Shown here in pieces: positions 48,590 through 55,796 of a DNA stretch of 64,000 nt. A program made the position numbers and the translations under genes. Source of the stretch: a virus (taxonomy: Duplodnaviria > Caudoviricetes); the IMG/VR virus record IMGVR_UViG_3300017903_002946, positions 16,570-80,569 of that record; one strand, given 5' to 3'. Below the pieces are notes generated by a model. The model was not told the DNA's origin. It saw only the letters and a program-made list of their open reading frames with translations, and searched no databases. Within the stretch, counting starts at the first letter, position 1, and each line of letters starts with the position of its first letter.

Positions 48590-48607
48590 TGTTCGCCGTA
48601 AACAACA

Positions 48608-48622
48608 GTATTTATTTATACT
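48608..48622 (+). promoter_or_regulatory. NtcA-like box overlapping a -10 hexamer
   Basis: GTA-TTTATTTA-TAC at 48608-48621; TATACT at 48617-48622. Confidence 0.5.
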
Positions 48623-48633
48623 AAAAGTAAGTG

Positions 48634-48683
48634 CGTTGAAAGTCTTTGACTTCGCAAGTAAGCCTTGAGGGCTGAAGCAACGG
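48634..48683 (+). ncRNA. Glutamine-I (glnA) riboswitch
   Basis: CGTTG/CAACG P1, AAGTC/GACTT P2, CGCAAGTA...GAAG E-loop, AGCC/GGCT P3; matches the glnA motif architecture. Confidence 0.88.
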
Positions 48684-48712
48684 AAATTCATTCACACTTA
48701 TTGGAGTACATT

Positions 48713-48883
48713 ATGTCTAACCTGACTGTACAGGGCTTACTTTCTGCCCGCCGTAAAGAGCTGCGCAATCAAGCTGAGCGTCAGCATCACATCAACAACG
48801 AACTGCAAACTATGACTTGGACTAAACAAGACAAGTCTGGAAAGTGCTACACCTATCGTGGTGTGCAGTACTGCTACAACTGA
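48713..48883 (+). CDS. Small DUF4278-like protein (56 aa)
   Basis: YTYRGVQY motif; directly downstream of the riboswitch. Confidence 0.75.
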   Translation: MSNLTVQGLLSARRKELRNQAERQHHINNELQTMTWTKQDKSGKCYTYRGVQYCYN

Positions 48884-48895
48884 ATAATATTTAAG

Positions 48896-48920
48896 GCCCG
48901 CATTATGCGGGTCTTTTTTT
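48896..48920 (+). terminator. Intrinsic terminator
   Basis: GCCCGCA-TTA-TGCGGGT followed by C and T7. Confidence 0.75.
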
Positions 48921-48961
48921 GTAATTTCCTACAATAGATAGATGGTAAATATATTAAATAG

Positions 48962-49642
48962 ATGCGTAAAGCTGGTGAACTTATCGCGCAATATTTAAGA
49001 GAAGGAAAGCTTGCAGCAAATCGCAGTGATCCAATTGGATCTGGTGGCAATGCTGTTGTCTTCGCTTCTGATATTCCTGGAAATGTAATGAAGCAATTGA
49101 GCTATCCAGATCAAGGAAAGTTTGGATTGCCGGGAGATGCTCCAAAGGTCATTGAAGAGGCCGATTTGCAAGCTGTGGCAGCTGAGATTGGACTTGCTCC
49201 CAAAGTTGCTGGTGTAGAGACGTTTCGCGGCGGTATAGGTAATCGCATTGAAATGCAAGATGTACGACCTAACTTTGAAACTCATGGTCGACGTGCTCGT
49301 GAATTCCCTTCTGGTAGAGATGCTGTACGAGTTAATCAACAGCTTGGGCAGCTTGCGTTAAAAGGCATTCGTCTAGAAGACAGGCATAATGCCAACGTTT
49401 TGTATAACAAAATGACCGGCCGTCCTATGCAGCTTGACTTTGGTATTGCCGATAAAGTTGAAGGTTCTGAACAAGTAGCAACTCTTGCTATGGCTACAGC
49501 AGAAGGCTTTGAGGCTGCTGGCTTAGATGATATTGCAAGTATTTATCGATCTACGGTTATGGACTTATTAGAGGGTGGCGATGTAGCTGAAGCTATGGAT
49601 GTAGCTAAGCAAGGCTTCAGTCGTTTACAGAAGATTAAATAA
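48962..49642 (+). CDS. Protein kinase-like protein
   Basis: GSGGNAVV loop, VMKQ Lys, EEADLQ, catalytic EDRHNAN, DFG. Confidence 0.8.
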   Translation: MRKAGELIAQYLREGKLAANRSDPIGSGGNAVVFASDIPGNVMKQLSYPDQGKFGLPGDAPKVIEEADLQAVAAEIGLAPKVAGVETFRGGIGNRIEMQDVRPNFETHGRRAREFPSGRDAVRVNQQLGQLALKGIRLEDRHNANVLYNKMTGRPMQLDFGIADKVEGSEQVATLAMATAEGFEAAGLDDIASIYRSTVMDLLEGGDVAEAMDVAKQGFSRLQKIK

Positions 49643-49644
49643 AT

Positions 49645-49935
49645 CTAGTCTTGCTGGTTAGCAGTTCGAATTTTGTTTAAAATACTTGCTTGAATCTCAG
49701 TTTCAGGTCTCAATGATTCAGCTCGTTCACGATCATATTGTTTTTGATAATTACGCATAATTTGAGTTTCAAGCCCAGACCCAAATCCACCCGTACCTGG
49801 TGCTCTTTCTGTTCTAAATGGCTCTGCTTGCCTTCTATATCTATAAGCAGCAGCCCGTTGTTTTGCTAAAGCAGGGCCACGAAAGTTTGGCGTATATGAA
49901 TCTCCTTTCCGTAATCGGCGTCGATCTACAGCCAC
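49645..49935 (-). CDS. Basic hypothetical protein
   Basis: 96 aa, convergent with the kinase. Confidence 0.55.
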   Translation of the reverse strand: MAVDRRRLRKGDSYTPNFRGPALAKQRAAAYRYRRQAEPFRTERAPGTGGFGSGLETQIMRNYQKQYDRERAESLRPETEIQASILNKIRTANQQD

Positions 49936-49955
49936 TATAAATTCCTTATCTTTAC

Positions 49956-50138
49956 TTATATATTATAAATCGCTGTTTGAGGATTAGATTCATTTTCAGC
50001 TTCAAAACAAATTATCCAATCAGCATTTTTGTCTAATAGCTCTGGATCAATGGCATCTTGTAGCATATTAACTGCAGCAATATGATGTGGTGAATTTGAA
50101 AATGCTTTGAAAAATCTAAGTAAATTCACCTTTGCCAT
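49956..50138 (-). CDS. Stand-alone homolog of the endolysin N-terminal domain
   Basis: FFKAF..SPHHIAAV.MLQ..I.PELL...ADW resembles the first ~50 aa of 55797..56546. Confidence 0.6.
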   Translation of the reverse strand: MAKVNLLRFFKAFSNSPHHIAAVNMLQDAIDPELLDKNADWIICFEAENESNPQTAIYNI

Positions 50139-50362
50139 TACAATCCAACTTGCTGATTCAACGTCTTCACTGCTTTGGCTAATGGAATGACAGTAGTCAT
50201 TACTTTTTTAGGCAGCTCTGCTTCTCGTAATTCAATATCTTTTTTTACAAGTTCAATTTCTTGATAAGTACTAGATATACGTTCTTCTAACTTCTTTGCT
50301 TTCCAATTTGTAAACTTTAATGCCAATAATAAACTAATTATTGGTGCTGCAATATATTCCAT
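50138..50362 (-). CDS. Membrane-anchored coiled-coil protein
   Basis: 74 aa, hydrophobic N-terminus. Confidence 0.55.
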   Translation of the reverse strand: MEYIAAPIISLLLALKFTNWKAKKLEERISSTYQEIELVKKDIELREAELPKKVMTTVIPLAKAVKTLNQQVGL

Positions 50363-50396
50363 GTGTATGTTTTAGTTACACAAAGTCTAACTCCAT

Positions 50397-50732
50397 TTAT
50401 ACAAAGGTGAGACCATCGTCTTCTAAATCATCATCTTCCCATCCTTCATCCATGATGTCAGTGGGTAATTCTTCAGAGTTTTCAACATTTAATTCAAGCA
50501 ATTCACAAAATGTTTCTTCAGAAATTATTTCAGGAAGCCCACTTTGCTGCTCATCAATTTTAAAAATGATGCCATTAGACATTAGTGTTTCTTGAACACC
50601 ATTTTTTTGTTCCATTCTTGATTTAAGCAGCCGTAAAGCTGTCTTCTCTAACGCTGGTCGGCTCATTCTCATAACTTCGTATCTCGCTCTCGTAAGAGCA
50701 AAACGTTGCTCGATTGTTAACTGTGCATTCAT
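50397..50732 (-). CDS. nblA: NblA-like protein with acidic C-terminal extension
   Basis: LTIEQRF...V..MS...L...QETL aligns without gaps to the NblA pattern LSLEQQF...V..MS...L...QELL (recalled). Confidence 0.6.
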   Translation of the reverse strand: MNAQLTIEQRFALTRARYEVMRMSRPALEKTALRLLKSRMEQKNGVQETLMSNGIIFKIDEQQSGLPEIISEETFCELLELNVENSEELPTDIMDEGWEDDDLEDDGLTFV

Positions 50733-51075
50733 CTAGTTCTTCCTCAATAAATCTTTTGTTTAAAATCCATTCTTCAATTAATTCTTTGGCAGTTTCGTTG
50801 TAAAACACTTGCCGTTCAAACCATATTAACCATGATTCTGAACCTTTTGAGTGGTTGCATGTTTGACAGCAAGGAATAAGGTTGCTTCTAAGACTGCTAC
50901 CCCCTTTTGATTTTGGTTTTATGTGATCCAGTGTTGTTGCTCGATTAGAGCGACAATATGCACATAAGCCGCCCCAGCCGTATTTAATTGACTTGCGGAA
51001 CTTACGCTTAGCAGAGCCTTTAGAAAGGCAATCTAGGTTGAACATTAAGTCAGCCCAGTCTTCAGCGATACCCAT
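50623..51075 (-). CDS. HNH endonuclease
   Basis: CAYC...LDHIKPKSKGG...NLIPCCQTCNHSK. Confidence 0.88.
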   Translation of the reverse strand: MGIAEDWADLMFNLDCLSKGSAKRKFRKSIKYGWGGLCAYCRSNRATTLDHIKPKSKGGSSLRSNLIPCCQTCNHSKGSESWLIWFERQVFYNETAKELIEEWILNKRFIEEELDECTVNNRATFCSYESEIRSYENEPTSVREDSFTAA

Positions 51076-51146
51076 TCGTTCTTATTTAAGGAACTTACTA
51101 AGAATGTAACGTAGCTCCGTTCTTTTTATGTACTTAAGTAATATTT

Positions 51147-51383
51147 TTAGCGAGTCTGACTTATAACAAGTTCATCTAATTTTTCTTCAATTCGAATCAT
51201 ATGACCTTCTACACGCTCTAGTGTTTTTTCAAAATCATTTTTTGTCACATAATTTTGTGCCATGCTTAATTCAACTCCATCAATTCTTTTGTCTAAATTA
51301 TCTAATTTAGAGCTTAGTTTTGATGTAAGCACAAAACCACCAGTAACTACAGCTATAGTAGCACTAATAATCGACTCAATCAT
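51147..51383 (-). CDS. TM plus coiled-coil protein (possible lysis accessory)
   Basis: 78 aa. Confidence 0.55.
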   Translation of the reverse strand: MIESIISATIAVVTGGFVLTSKLSSKLDNLDKRIDGVELSMAQNYVTKNDFEKTLERVEGHMIRIEEKLDELVISQTR

Positions 51384-51470
51384 GATTTAAATGAATATGA
51401 GGCCTTTTCTTAATTGTATCTCATATAAATACTTATTTTTTTCTAGAATACTTTCAAAGCAATCTTATTC

Positions 51471-51872
51471 ATGAATTTAGAACTTGACGAGCTATATTGT
51501 CATCCCGCTCTTTATATTGCTAGATCTGATACACATCGTTGGGGTGTGTTTACATCTGACGATATTGAAATGCATGATGTTTTACAAGAATCTCCTTACT
51601 GTACGTTTCCGTACAAAGAGCTTTCTAAAAAATCAGATATACTTGTCCGCTATACATACGATTCAGCTGATAATAACCAGACTGACGAATCAATATTAGG
51701 TTTCGGATTCGCTGGATTATACAATCACTCAGTTGATTATAATGCAGCTTACGAACTTGATACAGTCAATGAAGTCATGCGTCATTATGCAACAGAAGAT
51801 ATTCCTGCTGGATCTGAAATTTTTATTAATTATGGATATGAAGAAGATGAAGAAGACTTTGGTGACTACTGA
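51471..51872 (+). CDS. SET-domain protein-lysine methyltransferase
   Basis: WGVF...I...QESP, GLYNHS..YN, ATEDIPAGSEIFINYG. Confidence 0.88.
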   Translation: MNLELDELYCHPALYIARSDTHRWGVFTSDDIEMHDVLQESPYCTFPYKELSKKSDILVRYTYDSADNNQTDESILGFGFAGLYNHSVDYNAAYELDTVNEVMRHYATEDIPAGSEIFINYGYEEDEEDFGDY

Positions 51873-52116
51873 TCTTTTTTGACTGATTTATGGCGGTATG
51901 AGATAGTCCATCCATCTTCACCAAATATGCCTGTTTCTTTCGATTCCCAAGGATCCTCAGAAACTAATTGTGCATCGAGCCACTCTTGTTCTGCTCTGTC
52001 TAGTTTACTAGGCAAGGTTGCATAAAACTTTTGCTCATTTATTGCACGACGAAGTTTTTCGGTTGGACTTCTAGTGTCAAACCGATAAATCCATTTACCG
52101 TCATGCGGTATGTTGC

Positions 52117-52260
52117 TTAAGCCTTTTTTCCAGGCTTAATTGCATTGATTGCAGAAAGCACCAACTGAACAACACTGTTTGACTTCAAAGGAGTTAAAGC
52201 AATAATTTCAGAAGCTGCTGCAACTACAATCCAAAAAATTGGAGATTCGATAATACCCAT
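52117..52260 (-). CDS. Small membrane protein, possible holin (47 aa)
   Basis: Hand-translated MGIIESPIFWIVVAAASEIIALTPLKSNSVVQLVL... Confidence 0.5.
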   Translation of the reverse strand: MGIIESPIFWIVVAAASEIIALTPLKSNSVVQLVLSAINAIKPGKKA

Positions 52261-52298
52261 TTCTCTATTTATAGGTTTGTCATTATTCTAACTACTTT

Positions 52299-52418
52299 GC
52301 TACACAAACTACGCCTATATTTTATATATCTAGTTATTTATTAGCTACTACTGCCTATATACATTTTTAGAAAACAGTATATAAGCAGTAACGTAGTTAG
52401 CGTAGTTTCTGTAGTTGC
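52299..52418. repeat. Iteron/AT-rich element copy C (inverted), overlapping the recombinase stop codon
   Basis: Reverse complement reads CTACGCTAACTACG...TATATACTGTTTT...CTAATAAA...ATATATAAA...GCGTAGTTTGTGTAGC. Confidence 0.85.
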
Positions 52419-53164
52419 TTTGCGATATCTTCAAGTAGCACATCGCCGTAGCTTGCTGTCATACCAGATGGTTTGTGTCCTACTACAGCCATTGCAATAC
52501 TGTATTCAATCCCTGCTTGCCGCATACGAGTGATAAACGAGTGTCGAATACCATGAGCTGATATACCTGTGTGTTTTTTTAGCTTGCGACTGAAGTAGTC
52601 ACCTGCGTTGGGATTCGTTGTAAAAGGGAATTTTTCAATATATTTAAAATACTCAGGGTGTATTGGCACCTTCCTCTGCGTGTATTCGTTTTTACATTTA
52701 CGAATATGATTGTGCTCAATGTTGATATACGGTTGTTCAGCATCTGTCACAAAGTCTTCAGGCAACAAGCATGCCACTTCACTGATCCTGAAGCCGTGTA
52801 ACCACACCGCCATAAACAATGGATCATCATGGAACTGGTGGAAGTGATCAAACTTTTTATGTGGATACTTTTTCTTAGAACGACCTAATCCCTTGAGCAT
52901 TCCACGCCAGGGATTCCATTTAAGAATTCCCATTTCTACCCCGCGTTCCCACATCGAACCGAGGTAACCAAGCTGTGTTCGAACATAACCTTCTGTGTAG
53001 TCACACTCAAGGAGTTCGCACCTGTGATCAACGCAGAACTCCCTATCAATTTTGGAAGTGTCTACATTCTCAAAATGCCTTGAAGAGTGCCTCCATCCGT
53101 ATTGGGTTGACTCCGACAAACGCTTGAATGACAGCGTCCGTTTACAAAGTTTTGAAACCAACAT
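52397..53164 (-). CDS. Compact tyrosine recombinase
   Basis: HGFRISE (R), KCK (K), HGIRH (HxxR), VGH, ASYG (Y); 255 aa, no arm-binding domain evident. Confidence 0.9.
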   Translation of the reverse strand: MLVSKLCKRTLSFKRLSESTQYGWRHSSRHFENVDTSKIDREFCVDHRCELLECDYTEGYVRTQLGYLGSMWERGVEMGILKWNPWRGMLKGLGRSKKKYPHKKFDHFHQFHDDPLFMAVWLHGFRISEVACLLPEDFVTDAEQPYINIEHNHIRKCKNEYTQRKVPIHPEYFKYIEKFPFTTNPNAGDYFSRKLKKHTGISAHGIRHSFITRMRQAGIEYSIAMAVVGHKPSGMTASYGDVLLEDIAKQLQKLR

Positions 53165-53321
53165 TGATTTGATATAAGCATCGCCAATGCAAATCTACCG
53201 TTGACAAACGAACCGTGTGGGCTCTACCTTATGGGATGGCCCATGCGGGTGTTGTGTAATGGTAAGACCACTGCACTGGCGTGGATGCTCAGTATATCAA
53301 GCCTCAAGCCTTATCACACAC

Positions 53322-53699
53322 TTAGCTGACTGCTGTAATAGCTGCTCCACGCAAAGGTACTTGATAATCAGTACCAGTCTTTAAAGACGCATCAGTTGTT
53401 ACAAAGATCCGAGTTACGTACTTTCGTTTCTTATCTCCGTCAAACGTATAAGCAGATCCATTCCATTCGACTTTTAGGTGTGGGTTATTTTCAGTACAAG
53501 CGATATAAATTTGATCATTGTTGTCACTATTATTTAAGCGAACACAGCCTTCATAAACTGTGTTATCGCCATTCCACCACCAACGTGGCACCCACCAGTA
53601 GTTCACAGGCCGATCAGTTAAATCAGGGCTAACTAATGTTAGATCTCCTGATTGATCTTTGAATGTTTCAAGTCCTGTAATTGTAATCGAACCAGCCAT
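53322..53699 (-). CDS. Hypothetical (probably structural) protein
   Basis: 125 aa, beta-rich. Confidence 0.6.
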   Translation of the reverse strand: MAGSITITGLETFKDQSGDLTLVSPDLTDRPVNYWWVPRWWWNGDNTVYEGCVRLNNSDNNDQIYIACTENNPHLKVEWNGSAYTFDGDKKRKYVTRIFVTTDASLKTGTDYQVPLRGAAITAVS

Positions 53700-53848
53700 C
53701 AGCCACGTCTCCGCTGCATGACCTCACTCATTTTTTTATCTTTGAATTTTTGAGCTTCTGGTTCTTGAGCAGCTTCTTTCATTGGCTCTTGTTTGTCGCC
53801 ATCACCATCTATATCAAGGAAGTCAGGCTTCATGTTATGTCCAGGCAT
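53699..53848 (-). CDS. Small protein with DxDxDG Ca-loop (49 aa)
   Basis: Hand-translated MPGHNMKPDFLDIDGDGDKQEPMK... Confidence 0.6.
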   Translation of the reverse strand: MPGHNMKPDFLDIDGDGDKQEPMKEAAQEPEAQKFKDKKMSEVMQRRRG

Positions 53849-54084
53849 TAGTCTTTATTGATAATGTTTTTATAGAAGGTAGCCTTCTTCTTCATTTTAG
53901 ACGATGCATCTGGATCTTTTAAAACTGCATTCGCATATGACTTACGACCTTCAGGTGTGTCGGGATAACCAGCTTTTGTCGCTGCTGCGGTAAAGGTTCC
54001 TTTTGTTCCACCTTTCTTACGATGCGACATTTTTTGAAATGCCTTAGCTAAACTTTTAGCTTTAGAGCGTTTTGCTTTAGACAT
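53848..54084 (-). CDS. Small basic protein
   Basis: 78 aa, Lys-rich; KKGGTKGTFTAAA. Confidence 0.65.
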   Translation of the reverse strand: MSKAKRSKAKSLAKAFQKMSHRKKGGTKGTFTAAATKAGYPDTPEGRKSYANAVLKDPDASSKMKKKATFYKNIINKD

Positions 54085-54338
54085 TATTTACGATAGCGAG
54101 CTGTTTTTGATGCAACGTCTTTAGGCTGTTTACTAAATTGCTGACCTTTACGAGCAGCGGCGCGTTTTTTAGCTGTAGAGCGAGCGTACTCTTCATCAGT
54201 CAAAGCCTCACGTGCTTTGCGAGGCAGGTAACGCTCACCAGTAGCGTTTTTACCTTGAGTCGAGTTCTTACCAGACTTGGTGCCCCACTCTTCTTTGGTC
54301 CAACTGTCTAAGGACTTTTGTGATTCTTTCTTAGGCAT
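54084..54338 (-). CDS. Small basic protein
   Basis: 84 aa; SLDSWTKEEW...GERYLP...KQFSKQP-like. Confidence 0.7.
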   Translation of the reverse strand: MPKKESQKSLDSWTKEEWGTKSGKNSTQGKNATGERYLPRKAREALTDEEYARSTAKKRAAARKGQQFSKQPKDVASKTARYRK

Positions 54339-54802
54339 TAACGCATACCACTTACTGAACCTGGCATAAATGTGCCTGAGACTCCTGCATCCATCTGAGC
54401 TTTCTGCCTTGTTAAAAATGCTTCTGTTTCAGGATCTGTTACAAAAGGAGTTAATTGATTCTCAATAGCGTCAGCATCTGGCTTATACAAATGATATTTG
54501 TAAGTTTTAGGTGCATCGGTTTCTACTAATGAAGGAGCTGCTTTATAGCCGTGCTTTTCAGTTACCCCTTTAAGAGTCCCATCTGCCATTGCCTGGGGGA
54601 AAATTAATTCTGAAAGAAGTAGACTTAGAGGATTTCCTTGAAGTATCGCTCCGGCCTTTCGAACATCTCCTAAAACTTCTCGTCCAACAGGATTACTAAC
54701 TGCACCTCCTAAAACTTCTCGTCCAATAGGACTGTTAACAAATGAACGAGCTGGATTAAGAATGTCTGGACCGCGTTGTGTAACTGAAATTAAATTAGGC
54801 AT
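54338..54802 (-). CDS. Hypothetical late protein
   Basis: 154 aa; internal duplication P.GREVLG x2; RKAGA. Confidence 0.6.
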   Translation of the reverse strand: MPNLISVTQRGPDILNPARSFVNSPIGREVLGGAVSNPVGREVLGDVRKAGAILQGNPLSLLLSELIFPQAMADGTLKGVTEKHGYKAAPSLVETDAPKTYKYHLYKPDADAIENQLTPFVTDPETEAFLTRQKAQMDAGVSGTFMPGSVSGMR

Positions 54803-55011
54803 TAGTCTTTGTAACCTCCTCCTTTTGCTTTGTATTCTTTAGCCATCATCTGAGCTTTACGCGCAGACCACTGACCAGGCTTACCACCTTTACTGCCAGC
54901 CTTGATACGCTCAAAGATGCGTTTACGTAAACCTGGCTTTGTATAGTTACCAGCTTCATTGACACGAGATTTGGCTTTATCTTTAGCTTTACTACGAGAT
55001 TCTTGTGACAT
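54802..55011 (-). CDS. Small basic protein
   Basis: YTKPGLRKRIF...GGKPGQWSARKAQ...YK..GGGY. Confidence 0.7.
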   Translation of the reverse strand: MSQESRSKAKDKAKSRVNEAGNYTKPGLRKRIFERIKAGSKGGKPGQWSARKAQMMAKEYKAKGGGYKD

Positions 55012-55013
55012 GA

Positions 55014-55310
55014 TCAGCAATTCCAACGTTTACGGGCAGCGAGGCCACGTTCACTCTTCCAGCCGCGTGAACGAGCGCAAAAAGATTTGCGGCGGGCTGC
55101 ATCCTTTTTAGTTTTTGGATTAGGAGCAGGCGCTTGTAAATTAGAACCAGTCTCACGATTAATTTTATCGCGACCTTTTTTGGATAAGCCGCCACCTTGA
55201 GCAACAGAAAGTTTACCGCCACTTTTAACAGTGACTCCTTTCATTGCTCCTTTTTTCTTACTTTTTTTGTAAGTTTGCGCTTTTGATTTTGCACTTGATC
55301 TGTTTGCCAT
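55014..55310 (-). CDS. Small basic protein
   Basis: GGLSKKGR...GSNLQAP...RRKSFCARS...KRWNC. Confidence 0.7.
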   Translation of the reverse strand: MANRSSAKSKAQTYKKSKKKGAMKGVTVKSGGKLSVAQGGGLSKKGRDKINRETGSNLQAPAPNPKTKKDAARRKSFCARSRGWKSERGLAARKRWNC

Positions 55311-55331
55311 ACACTATCAAAAGCACTAATA

Positions 55332-55469
55332 TTATTCTAACGATTCTAATGGATCTCGTTTTCCATCAACAATTGCACAGGCACGCTTGTAAAACATATT
55401 GTCAGTAGTGCCTTTTTCTTCCATGACATCTTTGATTTTTTGCCAATTGGCTTTCTCGTCTTTAGTCAT
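55332..55469 (-). CDS. Small hypothetical protein (45 aa)
   Basis: Hand-translated MTKDEKANWQKIK...FYKRA. Confidence 0.55.
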   Translation of the reverse strand: MTKDEKANWQKIKDVMEEKGTTDNMFYKRACAIVDGKRDPLESLE

Positions 55470-55738
55470 TGATTCGTAGCTAAATGGTTCATTTCTGCAT
55501 GCATAAGATCGCTTAAGTTAGCTACCTGAGCACAGCAATTCATAATTAATCCACGTTGATTTGGAGTTAAATTATCTGCATCAATAGCATCTTCTGAAAG
55601 AACAACTGCAACATCACCTAATGCCATAACAATGGCAGGCATGCCCCACTTTTCAACAAGTCCAGACATTACAGAAAGCAGAGGATTATCACCACTTTCA
55701 ACCATATTCCAAAATTGTTGACGTTCTTCTGTAGTCAT
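55466..55738 (-). CDS. Hypothetical protein
   Basis: Likely start MTTEERQ. Confidence 0.55.
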   Translation of the reverse strand: MTTEERQQFWNMVESGDNPLLSVMSGLVEKWGMPAIVMALGDVAVVLSEDAIDADNLTPNQRGLIMNCCAQVANLSDLMHAEMNHLATNQ

Positions 55739-55796
55739 AATAAAAGCACTAAGTACTTCTATTCTAGATAGAATATTGCTAAATATATCTGATATT

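Noticed and set aside
1819-51431. T4-type late promoter TATAAATA near several starts (1819, 2781, 5990, 17589, 24626, 51424)
   Set aside because: An all-A/T 8-mer is expected several times in AT-rich intergenic DNA, and no gp55-like sigma factor was seen.
52397-53164. Calling the phage temperate from the recombinase alone
   Set aside because: No repressor or clear attP was seen, the enzyme is compact, and the Tyr762 polymerase and AMG set fit a lytic lifestyle. Resolution or inversion is equally plausible.
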